A program made the position numbers and the translations under genes. Below are positions 1-14,527 of a stretch of 64,000 nucleotides of DNA, one piece after another. Within the stretch, counting starts at the first letter, position 1. Each line of letters starts with the position of its first letter. A model generated the notes under the pieces. It was not told the origin of the DNA. It made no database searches and was given only the letters and a program-made list of their open reading frames with translations. The DNA lies in the NCBI GenBank assembly GCA_951406725.2, contig OX597816.1, positions 26,226,001 through 26,290,000 of the forward strand, given 5' to 3'. This DNA is from Octopus vulgaris (taxonomy: Eukaryota).

Positions 1-187
1 TTGAGTAAAGTACCGTGTAATTGTTTATTTTAAGCAATTGTGTGCGTTCTTTATCATTCGAAGTGGTAAGCCGGATCTGGATTATGTCAGAGTGGTAATC
101 AGGTATTCAGGTAATCGGGTAATCAAGCTCGTATTCCAAATCCCTATTCTTTTACGTTATATATACATGTATACATATATGTGTGTG

Positions 188-273
<86 letters not shown>

Positions 274-324
274 TGTCTGTCTGTCTGTCTGTGTGTCTGT
301 ATGTGGATATACATACACACACAC

Positions 325-362
<38 letters not shown>

Positions 363-364
<2 letters not shown>

Positions 365-1425
365 TGTATTGGGGCCACTACTTTTTATAGTGGCCCGCTC
401 AGGCATGCCCTCAAATGCCCGGATAGCCACTCTGGCAAGCTATGCAGACGAGCAGACGATACGAAAGTCTCGCAGAAAATACAGAACCCCAGCGATGTTA
501 CACACCTGCAGCAGGAGTTGGACTCAGTCTTCAGATGGGCTGAGGATAATAATATGCAGTATAATGCTGAAAAATTCCAGGCCCTGCGCTACCAGCATCC
601 AAAACTGAATATCAACTTCCAGGGTACACCTGTCCACAGGGAATTTCAATCCCAGAGCCTAAGTCTGTGAGGGACCTGGGTATTGACATGAGTGATGATA
701 CCTCTTTCCAAGTGCACATTACCAGGATGGCGACAAAGTGCAGACGACTGGCTGGATGGATCCTAAGAACATTCAGAGCCAGAGATAAGGAAACTATGAT
801 GGTCCTCTGGCGGACATTCGTCCTCAGCCGCCTGGATTACTGCTCACAGCTATGGTCACCCAACAGTGTGAAATTAACAACGGACCTTGAATCAATCCAG
901 AGAAGATTCACAAAGATCGTCTCTTTGCAACAGCTCATCTACTGGGAAAGGTTGAAACAGCTAAGACTCTACTCCCTGGAGAGAAGACGGGAGAGGTATG
1001 CAGTAATATATGTCTGGAAGATCCTGGAAGGAATTGTGCCAAATTTAGTCATTGTAAGCTACACCGATGCTAGAACGGGACGACACTGCATAGTGCGAAA
1101 GATCCCAGCAATGCCATCACGCTTCAGCACCAGCTACTGCAACAGCCTGGGTTTCAAGTGCCCAAAGCTTTTTAATATCCTCTCAAAGAGTCTGAGGAAC
1201 TTGCACAAAGTAGATGTAGCGGTTTTTAAATCAAAGCTGGACATCTTCCTGTCGAGAGTCCCAGATGAACCTACCTCACGGCAAGAGGTGTAAATGAGGG
1301 TAGCTATATCAAACTCCATTCTTCATCAAGTGCCACATATTAGAGGAGGCTCTTAGTAATAACAGAATAGCACAAAACGGCGGTGCATCAAGCATGGCCG
1401 CATCTCTGAGCTGAAACAAAAAAAA
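363..1425 (+). mobile_element. 5'-truncated CR1/L2-group LINE: RT C-terminal half with frameshifts, 3' UTR and short A tail
   Basis: Translations TVLGPLLF, YADD-like YADE/RADDTK, MQYNAEKFQ, RDLGI, SRLDYCSQLWSP and LYSLERRRERY across shifting frames. Starts directly after (TA)n and ends gctgaaac+A-run. Near-identical 3' segment at 14528-14950. Confidence 0.9.
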
Positions 1426-1842
1426 ATATATTATACATTGTTGATGTAGGAATAATTATGTCAAATATCGTAATTGGGTGGTGTCAGCTGTCTCGTCTGA
1501 CTAAAATGTAATTAAACAAATTGTTATGAAATATGAAATAGAGAAATTTCCGGGTCATGCTGCCCTAATGGGTGGATATTAACAAGTGAGCTGCCGACTG
1601 AAAATAAACTACGACAGAAGAGAAATAATAACGTTAAGTAAAATGAGCAAATATAAATGAAAAGTATATAAAATAAACACATGGATATATGATGAATACA
1701 GACTCGTACAAGCGCACACCAAAATGAATGAATAAATAGATAAAAAAGATGCATAAAAAATATATATAAAAATACTAAAATCAATAAATAAATAAATATA
1801 AAATAAATAAATAAATAAATAGATACATAAAGGAGAATCAAG

Positions 1843-1992
1843 GTTGTAGATGAATTCGGCCTGCATCTGGCAGCTTTAGCGCGGGTCGATTTCTCCGACA
1901 AACCGCATCACTCTGAATGACATTATCTGAAGAGGCCTCGACGCGGCTGGCTTCTTTTCTCGACTGGAGCCAGTAGGTCTTGGCCAAGGGAA
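1843..1992 (+). pseudogene. Degenerate fragment of a CRE-like non-LTR retrotransposon C-terminus (zinc knuckle / restriction-like endonuclease region)
   Basis: + strand reads VDEFGLH...AGRF...TLNDII*RGLDAAGFFSRLEPVGLGQGNSKHVD, matching the family pattern VDxxGxH..GRxxRHxxLNDIIxRALxxAGxxSxLEPxGLxRxDGKRPD. Confidence 0.6.
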
Positions 1993-2502
1993 CAGTAAAC
2001 ACGTCGATGTCAGGTGATCTAGGAACTCGTACTACCGATTTCCTCCGCAAAAATCGGGACAACTGTGATTCGTCTGAGAAATGAGCTCTGTAAGGTAGCT
2101 GCTGCAGCGAGCGGCTCTGCCCATGCTCCTCAGCAATGCCATCATGATCACTACCGTGTGGTGCAGCGGAGCACACCGTTTGTTGTGAGTGGTGTGGTTC
2201 ATCTCCCTCTCCCCTCTATTATCTGCAGCCTTATCTTGGTGTGATGCAGGATCTGATAAGTTGATGTGGGGTGAGGCAGAAAAAAGGAAAGGTAACGAGG
2301 GATCACCACTGAAATATGTCAAGGAGTAGTAGTCATAAAAGAAACAGTGTGGGGGGGGAATAGTTAGTGAAATAAGCATTTCTTTCGGAAGATTGAGAGA
2401 TATATGTGTGTGCACGCACTTGCTTATGCACGTATGTCTATACATGCATATGTATAAGAAGTAGTCAAAGCGAAATCTCGAGACAAATACTTGGAAATTA
2501 TA

Positions 2503-3056
2503 TTGGGTTGTCCGGAAAGTTCGTGCCGATTTTTAAAGGCAACAAAAAGCTCAATAAATACTTGCCATTACATTTTTAATCAATCAGATATGAACCATTT
2601 TGTTGCACAATGCGCCTCCATCTTCCCTTTAACTTGAAAATACCCTCTTCCCAGAATTGAGGTGGTTTCATGGCAAAGAATTCATCAAGGTATCTTTTTA
2701 CGTCATCCAAGGAATTGAAATTTTTACCATTAAGACTATTCTACAGAGACCTGAATAAGTGGAAATTCGAAGGAGCAATATCTGGTGAATATGGAGGGTG
2801 GGGTAACACATCCTAGCCGAGCTGCAGCAATTTTTGTCTGGTTCCCAAAGCATCAGGTGCCGGAAATGAACTTTCTTATCTTCCATTTTAAAGGGTTACT
2901 GAATTAACACAGGTTAAAGGAACATAAACCTTCTTCCACGAAAATGTAGCTTAAACTGTGCTCTAAATTGAGGTGTAGTCAAATCCTATTTCATGTTCTG
3001 AAATAAATCGAAAGCTAAGCTACTATAAATCGGCACGAACTTTCCGGATAACCCAA
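2503..3056 (-). mobile_element. Internally deleted mariner element (MITE-sized)
   Basis: ~30-bp TIRs ttgggttgtccggaaagttcgtgccgattt / aaatcggcacgaactttccggataacccaa with TA on both sides. Minus-strand remnants: MEDKKVHFRHLMLWE (mariner N-terminus) and a HPPYSPDIAPSxFHLFRSL-type C-terminal motif. Confidence 0.9.
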
Positions 3057-3135
3057 TAAAACAAAATAATGAGAATGATTGAGAGTGACCATAAGAGAGT
3101 GTCAGAAAGACGAACAGGCAGGGAAAGAGAAAGCG

Positions 3136-3139
<4 letters not shown>

Positions 3140-3206
<67 letters not shown>

Positions 3207-3305
3207 AAAGAAAAGAAAGAAAGAAAGAAAGGAAGGAAGGAAGGGAGGAAGGAAGGAAGGAAGGAAGAAAGAAAGAAAGAAAGAAAGAAAGAGAGGGGAG
3301 GAGAG
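3140..3305. repeat. (GAAA)n/(GGAA)n purine microsatellite
   Basis: Direct reading. Confidence 0.95.
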
Positions 3306-4699
3306 GAATTTGGAAGTATTTATATATAAAGTTACTGACACACTTCTACACACAAATACTACTATGAAACCCAGACAGCTGTACACAACATATATACGCA
3401 AATATATATCAAAACATAAGTACATACATAGACATGCGAGTATCAGAGCATATACACACACACATACACGTGTATTCAGGAACACACAGATACTCACAGA
3501 GAAGAATATATTTTTCTTTTATGACTTGCATATGCATAATAACAATTGTATGAATGACATATTTCATTGTCCATACATGTAGTGTTCTTAAAAGATGTGT
3601 TGAAGCCTCTATATTGACAAAACATACATAGATAAGTACTTGATTAAAAACATAGCGTCGTCGACGGAAAACAATGTTGTTCTGATTCAAATTAAGTCAC
3701 TACTAAGACACAACTTATTAACTTTAATGAGAATTTTTTAGAGGAAGTTAAGCATGAGAAACAAAGTAAATTAGTTAAAAACCAAACGACCACAAGCAAT
3801 GCTTTGTGAATATGTAGGAAATGCAGTCAGAAAGTAACCCATCAAATATATTTGAGTATGCAGATGACATCACATATGTACTCTTAACACGCATAAACAC
3901 ACAAAAATACACATTCACATACAATTGTACATACATATGTGTATATGTATATATACATATATACATACTATATACGTATATATTTATGTATATATACGAA
4001 TTATGCAATGGAATCAGCTCTATAATAAAAAAAATATTACGAATAGAATAGGTTAGAAGCTGTTGATTTACGTCCCAGAAAAATTCCTTCCAGACGTATA
4101 GTGTTAAAAAGACGGTATATATCAGAGCTAGGCAAAACGACATAGTCCCAGAAATGATCACGAAAGCGACAACTACGTATTTCGCCGTAGATACAGTTTA
4201 TCAATGACCTTTCACATCCGAAACAAAATCGTATTCACTAGTCTGAAGTACATATAGAAAGTGTATGATTTATCTAATGGTTTACAATGGCACTACATTG
4301 ATTTTTCAAAGAGATATTCATATCAATAGAGCAGCCGCCGAACAATATGACGATACATATTATATTTTGTCTGTCCCAAAGAACACTTACCAGTCTCTTA
4401 TGTTTGCACTTGACAGATGTTATGATGGGTGTGTTTCACCAATACTCCTTGAGTTGATGTATATGCATGTATTCAGTAACAGAGGAATTCTCTATATTTA
4501 CTCCAGGACGGCCTGTTTTTAAAGCTATTGTATATTGTTTATAAAACTATTTATCTATCAATCTACATATGTTTGTTCTTCTGTACATCGGTTTGTATGT
4601 GAGCACGCATAAGTGAATATATATATGCATGTATGTATGTATATATATGTATATATGTGTATGTATGTATGTATGTATGTATGTATGTATGTATGCATG

Positions 4700-4746
<47 letters not shown>

Positions 4747-4752
<6 letters not shown>

Positions 4753-5020
4753 TAAAGATGGTCATGCCCAGTCTTTGGGTTGCCTTGGGTTTCATGTCCA
4801 TAAAGCACTTAACTTTACGGTGTCCCTTCAGACTCTAAAGGCCGGTGGTCTACAACCTCTTTTGAAAGTGGAGAGAGAAAATACCTCCTGGCTTCCACGT
4901 TGAAGAGAATCAATACACGACCCGCTGTCAGGGTCCGAAGAAATGCCGTAAAGCTAAGTGCTTTATGGACGCGAGATGCCGGGTAGCATCATAAACCGAC
5001 CACAACTATCTTTATCTAAT
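4747..5020. repeat. Imperfect fold-back (~270 bp) beside (TA)n
   Basis: attaaataaagatgg..gtccataaagcacttaactttacgg mirrored by ccgtaaagctaagtgctttatggac..ctatctttatctaat. Confidence 0.75.
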
Positions 5021-5087
5021 TACTCTGATGCTCAATAACTTAGAGTGTGCTTCTCTTTCGGATTTATGATTTACTGATGATATATAT

Positions 5088-5153
<66 letters not shown>

Positions 5154-5697
5154 ACGTGCGTGTGTGTGTATGCATGCATGTATGTATATATGTATGTACA
5201 CATATACATACTCACAAATGCACATGTATATACCTATGAATGGAAGCCTTATCACTGAAAATATGAAAGGTCAATGTTAAAGATCCTTACTATCATTATG
5301 ACTTCAAACAATCAAGAAGTTAGAGAAGCATCTGAAACTTCTGGGCTCATCTCCATGGATCACTGCAAAATTTAGTTCGAATTGGAATATAAAAGAATAA
5401 TAGAGAAATTATAATTTATCTCTTAGGTTAGGTCTTAGCTTTTTCCTTTAGATGTGGTCTAAAAGTGCTTCTCTGTAAACAAAGTAACTTGACTCTGTGT
5501 GTGTGTGCCTGCATGTGTGTATGTTTGCATGTGTCTATGTGTATGTATGTAATAATGTATGTATGCATGTGTGTGTATGCATAAATATACATATGTATAC
5601 TTACATTCATGTTCCATATTTCCTTTGCATAAATAGCACACTTTATACTTGATTATACTGTAAAAATTTATTTATACATGAGTAAATACTGTATGTC

Positions 5698-5836
<139 letters not shown>

Positions 5837-6890
5837 GTTTCTTTATTGGCCACACAGTGCTGCACACAGATGGGACAAGTTACAAGGTAGAGCTTTTCTC
5901 TTTTGGGGGATGAAAAAAACAAAAAACAAAAGAAAAAAAAAAGGTGGGGTGGCGTAGGTTTTCGATCAAGAGGGATCGTAAAAGGGAAGAAAAGAACAAA
6001 AAAAATAATAAATTAATTAATTAATTAATTAAAAAATAAAAAGAATAAAAAGAAAAAAAAGAAAAGGAAAAGGAACAAAAGAAAAGAAAATGAAAAAAGA
6101 AGAAAAAAGGGGATAGATAAAATTACTGTATGACAACCTTAGACCATGTTGACTTCTTTCCATACAACATTAAATTAAGTGATTAATCAAAATGCATGTA
6201 AAACTGCCATTAAAATATGTAAACTTTATTTCGTAATGCTTTTTGTTTGTCTATGAGACAATTTAATTTGAGACGTTCGTACAGCTTTTTAGAGACAACA
6301 CCCTTATTTTGATCACTTGTAAACAAATATATTGTGGAAGATCTCCTCTCCCAGCCGCCCTATATATATATATATGTGTGTGTGTGTGCGCGCGTATGTG
6401 TGTGTGTGTGTGTCTGTGTGTGTGTTCTTTCCTTTACTTGTTTCAGTTATTTGACTGTGACCGTGCTGGAGGATCACATTTAGTCGAACAAATCGACCCC
6501 TGGACTCTTCTAGTAAATACAACAATATCGATTGTCAAGCGACGGTGGGGGACAAACACAGACACATGAGCACAAACATACACTTATACACAAGACGGGA
6601 TTTTTTCAGTTTCTGGCTACCAAATTTTTTTTCACGAAGCTTTGGTCAGCCCGGGAGCTATAGTAGAAGATTTTCCCCAAGGTGTCATGCAGTAGTATTG
6701 TTATTATGAGGGACGGATAGCACGGGGCGCAAGCTTTCGGTGTATCTTATGTATAGGAAATACTACAAATAAATGTCAGTTCTGTCTCTACACCTACTTT
6801 TATATATACGAATCAAACATTGAGAGATGTTCATTTTAGTACATCTAAATTTAATGTCTTTTTCCTGTGTACTCGGAAGTAATATTCCCT

Positions 6891-6990
6891 AGATATAGAT
6901 ATGTACATGTAAGCCACATGTTTTCGGGTTCAGTCTCACGGCGTGGCACCTGGTGCGAGTGTCTTCTAATATATTTGTGTGTGTGCGTTT

Positions 6991-7028
<38 letters not shown>

Positions 7029-7603
7029 ACTTTTTTGCTCTTCCATACGTTTGTTCCTCCATACATTTCAGCCCTAAGGCTGTGTACATACAGGAATACC
7101 ACCGGTGAAACAACCTTTTCACGGCCAATATTTATGTGACCTGTTTTAGGGAAGTGAGTTACACACACACAGGTTATATATATATTATATATATTTTTTA
7201 TATTATATGCATTATTATTATATTATATATTATATCGTATTATATTATATTTTGCATATATATATATACATAATATAATCTATTATATATATACATATAT
7301 ACATTTAAATACGTATAAATATAAAACAGTTCAAGTCGTAGATGTATGTGTTATGCTTGTATATGTGCGTGGGAGGAGTGTTTGTGTGTGTTTGTGAAAC
7401 ATCGTGAGGAAATCTGAAAGAAGAAAGAGACTTTTTCAAAGAGCAAGGCGCAATGTATTACTAAATACCGATGTGAATGGCGTCGAAACGTCGACGATGT
7501 CGGTTCCGAGCGGGAAGAAGAGGATGAAAGATGATGCTAATGATGATGATAAAATACACACATACATACATACAAACATAAAATACACCCACACACATGT
7601 ATA

Positions 7604-7660
<57 letters not shown>

Positions 7661-8216
7661 ACGTACATATGTATGCATATATATAGTGTGTGTATGTATA
7701 TATATATATATATATATATACAAACACATTATCCATGCAATGATATTATGCGCAGCGTGCAGTGAAATTTAAGATCAGAAAAAGGGGGAAAAAACAACGA
7801 AGCAATGTCTGAGCATTCAACAGAAAGGAATCTTTACAAGTACAGAGTTAAATGCTATTGATCATTTTATTGACACTAACTTCAAAGGTTCACCGGCAGA
7901 TGGAGTTGTCGTCAGACCGGTAAGTTACTGCTATGAATATTTCGACTGCAGTGGTGATTATTGGCGCCGGGACATGATATAAATGGATTCCCGTGATATC
8001 CGGTGTGACGACGTTTTCTGACGGCGTTTGTCTGACGTCGCAAACTACCGGTGAAACTTCAAACGTATGGAAGAGCAAAAAAGTAAACACACACACACAC
8101 ATACACACACACGCGCGCGCGCACACACACAAATATATTAGAAGACACTTGCACCAGGTGCCACGCCGTGAGACTGAACTCGAAAACATGTGGCTTACAT
8201 GTACATATCTATATCT
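6891..8216. repeat. Local inverted duplication: ~160-bp arms (6891-7053 and 8060-8216) around a ~1 kb spacer
   Basis: Both arms contain the same SINE fragment, (CA)n and non-SINE flank (catacgtttg / caaacgtatg) in reverse complement. Confidence 0.85.
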
Positions 8217-8295
8217 CTATATTCAAAGTCACTGCCTGTTCATATATACATACATACATACATACATACATTGCACACACACACACACACACACA

Positions 8296-8358
<63 letters not shown>

Positions 8359-8376
8359 AGAGAGGTAGAGAGATAT

Positions 8377-8456
<80 letters not shown>

Positions 8457-8632
8457 GGAGAGAGAGAGAGACAGACAGAGAGAGTCAGACAGACAGATTG
8501 ACAGATGGAGAGGAATATAGATAGATGCATACATACATATATGTATATATATGTGTGTCTGTGTGTACCAGTTTATATATATGCAGACACACAAACACAC
8601 ACGTATATATGAATATATATAAATAATATATA

Positions 8633-8918
8633 TCACCGTGATCACCGTGACCGACCAGGCTATCACATCGCGCTTCGCTCTGTTTTAGCCTTCAAATGAC
8701 GCCACCCCGCTGGCTAAGCGAGCAGGCCAACAGAAGAAAGAATAAGAGAAAGTTGTGTCGAAAGAGTACAGCAGGGATAGTCACTACCCCCCTGCCGGAG
8801 CCTCGTGGAGCTTTAGGTGTTTTCGCTTAATAAACACTCACAACGCCCGGTCTGGGAATCGAAATAGCGATCCTACGACCGCGAGTCCGCTGCCCTAACC
8901 ACTGGATCATTGCGCCTC

Positions 8919-8922
<4 letters not shown>
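8633..8922 (-). mobile_element. tRNA-derived SINE (family A)
   Basis: Minus-strand head ggaggcgcaatg..agtggttagggcagcggactcgcggtcgtaggatcg..ttcgattcc with A/B boxes and a short tandem tail. Homologous copy at 28433. Confidence 0.85.
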
Positions 8923-9010
<88 letters not shown>

Positions 9011-9043
9011 TAAGAAAGTTTGTTTGGTAAAGCACGTGGGTGA

Positions 9044-9909
9044 ATATATAAGAAAATAGTAAAGAGTGAAAAAACGACAGAAGGCTTAAATGTTAAAAAA
9101 TATATATATTTGCGTCAAAATGTCTGGAGAATATTGGAAAAATTTTTTTCCTTTCCTTAATATGACATAATTTTATAATTTTTAAAGAAATACCGGTTTC
9201 GCAGTTAGCTCTTCAAATTTCTTGTGACTTAATGTTTATTTTTAATAACGTAATCCTTGTATTTTTGCTAAGGAGAGTTCTAAATAAGGGAAAGTAGTGA
9301 GTGATTTCTTCCGGTGTAAGGGAGATATGCCACCAAGACTACGTGGGGTCCACGGGACTATCACTCAGACGTAGATGCACACTGCATCGACAACAGATTG
9401 CATTCCCAGAATATAGAATGATACCTTTTAGTGAACACATTGAAAAATGCGCAAAGCAACTACAACCACAATTTTTAATCTTTCCATTTTACCAATGTGC
9501 TTTCGGATCATCATCACAAATTAGACTAAATAAGGAAACATTCTTCATTGAAAAGTACAAACCCAAACTCAACTATCCGAACTCAATAATACAGAGAAAT
9601 TCACACTAAAGGAAAAAAAAATTTTTAAGCGATTATCTCCCTTACACCGGAAGAAATCACTCACTACTTTCCCTTATTTAGAACTCTCCTTAGCAAAAAT
9701 ACAAGGATTACGTTATTAAAAATAAACATTAAGTCGCAAGAAATTTGAAGAGCTAACTGCGAAACCGGTATTTCTTTAAAAAGTATAAAATTATGTCATT
9801 TTAAGGAAAGGAAAAAAAATTTTTCCAATATTCTCCAGACATTTTGACGCAAATATATATATTTTTTAACATTTAAGCCTTCTGTCGTTTTTTCACTCTT
9901 TACTATTTT

Positions 9910-9917
<8 letters not shown>
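9044..9917 (+). mobile_element. 5'-truncated Penelope-like element: GIY-YIG C-terminus flanked by inverted ~280-bp terminal repeats, in (TA)n
   Basis: Arms 9044-9327 and 9634-9917 are near-perfect reverse complements. The loop encodes CHQDYVGSTGLSLRRRCTLHRQQI...RLNKETFFIEKYKPKLN. HHR-like core ttgaaga-gc..gc-gaaaccggta at 9745-9770. Confidence 0.88.
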
Positions 9918-9974
<57 letters not shown>

Positions 9975-9991
9975 GTATATATATATATATA

Positions 9992-10150
9992 TAACAGGAC
10001 AAGTAACATAAAGAAAAACCCTTCATCAGTTGCCAGCTGACTCTATCTACTCCTTATTTCGAGCATTGATTGACAGTATAATCCTTTCATATTGTCGAAG
10101 ACAGTTGCTCCAATAAGTACCAAAATAAAATTTGGGATTTATGGAGGGTC
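9992..10150 (-). mobile_element. Probable PLE terminal-repeat remnant, related to 52140-52460 and 56860-57125
   Basis: Minus strand ..ctcgaaataagg..ctgatgaagggtttttctttatgttacttgtcctg abutting (TA)n. The same layout occurs in the other two copies. Confidence 0.5.
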
Positions 10151-10611
10151 AAATTTGGGAACAAAACCAGAACATTGGACTTATACAAGGAAACCGAAGG
10201 AAAACATGAAGGGTCGTTAGACCACCACGAGGGTAAAATAACGAACGCTAGAGTAAATATTTTCTTTGGCAAGATAAAAGATAGAGGAGAGAGATAGGAG
10301 ATGTCCAGTACTTCGGAAGTTCTGGAATAAAAGATGATCACGTGATGAAAAGAAAGCTGATCACGTGTGGGAAAGAAACATGGGCGATGGTCACGTGTGA
10401 GCAACGAAAGAGAGAGAAACAGAGAAAGAGGAGGGAGAGAAACAGGTAGAAAGCGGTGATGGGGAGAAAAGGTAATTAGAGAAAGGATGTGAGAGGAAAC
10501 GATAGTGGTAGAACAGTATAGAGTAGAGTCGCATCAAAAATATAAAGTTAAACTTACTTGGAAATGGATGCGTGTCGGCGTTCGAGCAAATAATAATATA
10601 AATAATATATA

Positions 10612-10708
<97 letters not shown>

Positions 10709-10924
10709 CTCACACACCACTACGTCCGTTGTCAATGCGAAATAAATTATATCTACTCGCATGTATAACGATTTAGAAAGGAAATCAACACCCAGGACAC
10801 TATGGGGCCTCAGATACCAGTGGAAAAATGGTAGGAAGTTATCCTTAAATCGAAGACTTACCACGACGAATGCTTGAATCAGAGAGAACTATGATAAAAA
10901 CATTCAGGGTACCTGGTGGTGCCG

Positions 10925-12348
10925 TTAAACTTAGCAGCGATAATCTGCCCAATTTTCAAGAAAGGGAGCCGCGAAGACCCGCTTAACTACCGACCGGTTT
11001 CCCTTACATCAATAATCAGCAAGATGTTCGAAACCATCCTTAAGAAAAGTATGATGCTCCACCTCCTAAACACAGCCTCGATCACTGATTCCCAACACGG
11101 CTTCGTGCCGAAGAGATCATGCTTGACCAACTTACTAGTAATGGAAGAATTGGTGACGCGCATCCTCGATGATAGTGATGCTGTTGACATCGTTTTATTG
11201 GACTTTGCCAAAGCTTTTGACTCGGTAAACCACCGCCTACTACTTGTCAAGCTTCAAGCATATAGTTTCCATCCGGATATTGTACGATGGGTTGGTGCCT
11301 TCCTCTCAGATCGCTCCTTCCAAGTTCAAGTTAATGGTTCGCGGTCCGACGTCTCCAGTGCGAGCAGTGGCGTGCCTCAAGGTTCAGTGCTTGGGCCCTT
11401 GTTGTTCTTAGTCTTCATAAATGACTTGCCCGACGACCTCACGCAACACACCCTTCTATTTGCCGACGATATCAAACTGGTCGCTCCTCGCGGTAGTATA
11501 GAGGATCTTCGTCGATGCCTTCACCAAATTTGGAAGTGGTCTAACCATTGGGACCTGTGTCTGAACGTGTCAAAGTGCTGTCATCTGCCTGTCGGCTCTA
11601 CTCCTGCAACTCAACTTGATTTCGAGCCGGGTCGTCTGCTGCTGGAGAGGACCGATCAGGTAAAGGACCTGGGTATCTTGGTGGATTCCTCCTTTTCGCC
11701 TTCGGTCCAGTGCGTCCATGCTGCCAACAAAGCGCGCGGAATTCTGTTTTTGATTCGACGGTCATTCGGAATGCTCACAGCAGCCATATTCCTGCCACTC
11801 TATGTCACGCTGGTGAGACCCATATTGGAGTATGGGATTCAAGCCTCTTCTCCTTATCTCCTCAAAGACATACAGCACCTCGAAAGAGTCCAGAGGCTGG
11901 CTACCCGCATGGTTCATGGTCTCAAAAATTTGTCCTACGAAGAAAGGCTGAGGACGCTCGACATTTGTTCTCTTGAAAAACGCCGCCGCCGTGGTGATCT
12001 CATTCTCGCCCACAACATCATAAGCGGGAAGTGAAACCTCTCGAAGGAGCTGTTCTTCACTCCTGCTCCGGAGCGTCGGCTGCGGGGTCATTCCGAAAAG
12101 CTCTACCTGCGACGATTTCATCTCAATCGAAGGAGAGGAGCTTTCTCCGTCCGGGTTGCGGATCCGTGGAACAAGCTGCCAGACGAGATGGTGAAGATGC
12201 CGACGACCGCTTTGTTCAAAGCCTCCCTGACCTCAAGTGGCCTGAACTCATTACATGAACACCACCCTGTACTTAACTCCATGTCCCCCTACATGGCCTT
12301 GCTATTTGCTTTTGAGCCAAATTAACTAACTAACTAACTAACTAACTA
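10925..12348 (+). mobile_element. 5'-truncated CR1-group LINE with nearly intact RT domain and (AACT)n tail
   Basis: ORF 10916-12034 has NYRPVSLTS, QHGF, LDFAKAFDSVNH, GVPQGSVLGPLLF and FADD. The reading frame is disrupted near 12034, then continues to ..RGH..RRGAFSVRVADPWNKLP. Tandem aact tail at 12324-12348. Confidence 0.93.
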
Positions 12349-13195
12349 AGTCTACTACCCAAGATGAATATATACATACGAGTGCGCACATGTGTGCACG
12401 CGTATGTGTGATGCTCATCGTTTGACATTCATCTTCCATGTTGGCAAGTGTTGGATGATTTGACCAGCTCCGACGGCTCAGAGGACAGCGATACTCACCA
12501 TTGTCTGCCTTGCCATGGTTACTATATATTTAGGGTGAGTACTGAGAGCTTCTTAACGTGTCATCAGAACTAATATCATCTCCATGTCTAAGTTCACCAT
12601 CGATTTAATGCGACTACAATAGAAAAGGAGGCAGCTTCATCCTCAGTAAGGAAAAGTCAAAGCATAAAGGAACCGAAACAGATTTGTTCGTTGCTGTAGA
12701 GGAGATACGTGGCTTCTCACATTATACAACTGTGGTTGGGAGTAACTGGTGTCCAGCTGGGAAGAGAGAAACAGATGATGGTAAAAAGATATCAGGGAAA
12801 ACACTGGAGCAGAAAAGAGAAAGGACGGCTGTGTAAAGCTTTCTGCAGCGTATGTGAAGACTTGTCATGGATCCAATATAATAGGGAATGAACGGAATTA
12901 TGAACAAAAGTTAAGGTGACGGAGATGGGGGCAAATAAGAGTTGGACGGAAGGAGGTAGAGGAGAGTAGCAGATGAGAATAGAATGGGAAGCGCATGGTG
13001 CTAAGTGTTGTAAAAAGACGGAGTGCAAATCAATGATGCATATGATTTGGGACGAGCTGGTATATATACATATATATATATATGGTCTGATGAGTAGTAA
13101 GACCAAAGCTTCAGGTAATCCTCGACCGTGTACCTGTGAAAAGTTAAATATGTGTGCCTGTGCATGTGTGTATTTGTACGTGGCTGTATGTAGAT

Positions 13196-13689
<494 letters not shown>

Positions 13690-13830
13690 TATATATATAA
13701 ACATACATATGTACACTAAATATTCATTTGTTCTTTTATATTTTTACGTTTCAGTCCTGTGGCTGAAACATACGCACATACATATACACAAATATGTGTA
13801 TGTACATATGCATATGTGTGTATACATATA

Positions 13831-13893
<63 letters not shown>

Positions 13894-13952
13894 GTTTGTG
13901 TGTATGTGAGTACTTACACACACATGTACATATATACGCATATACATATATG

Positions 13953-13983
<31 letters not shown>

Positions 13984-14454
13984 CTGTCCGTCAATCTATC
14001 TGTGTGTGTATGTGTGTCTGTAGATACGCATACACACTCACAAACACACGCACATGCACGTACACACACAAACACACACAAACACACATAGTCACACATA
14101 TATAAATGCAATTAAATATTTATTTATGCACGGATGTATACGACAGCTAGATTTCCGTGAAAGTTATATCTTGCCAGCTTAAGAAAAAATGAGTAAATAA
14201 TGAGGCAAAATATGTTCTTATCAGCAGTAAATAACTCTTTAATATTTACACTCATTGCTGTTTCATGTTTCCATATTGAACATACGAGCTTTCCTTAAAT
14301 ATGTGTTGTGTATGCTTTGCTGCAAGGTGAAATATACATATTTACTTTGTTTGATTTATTGACGTTGCTTCCCTATTTCCTATATTTTCAACTTATATTC
14401 ATAGATATAATATATACATTCATATACACTGAGTTACTCTCATACACTTGCCTA

Positions 14455-14525
<71 letters not shown>

Positions 14526-14527
14526 CT

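Noticed and set aside
4265-4522. Possible host exon after ttgacag (~4418)
   Set aside because: Only an acceptor-like motif; no recognisable protein similarity or clear donor.
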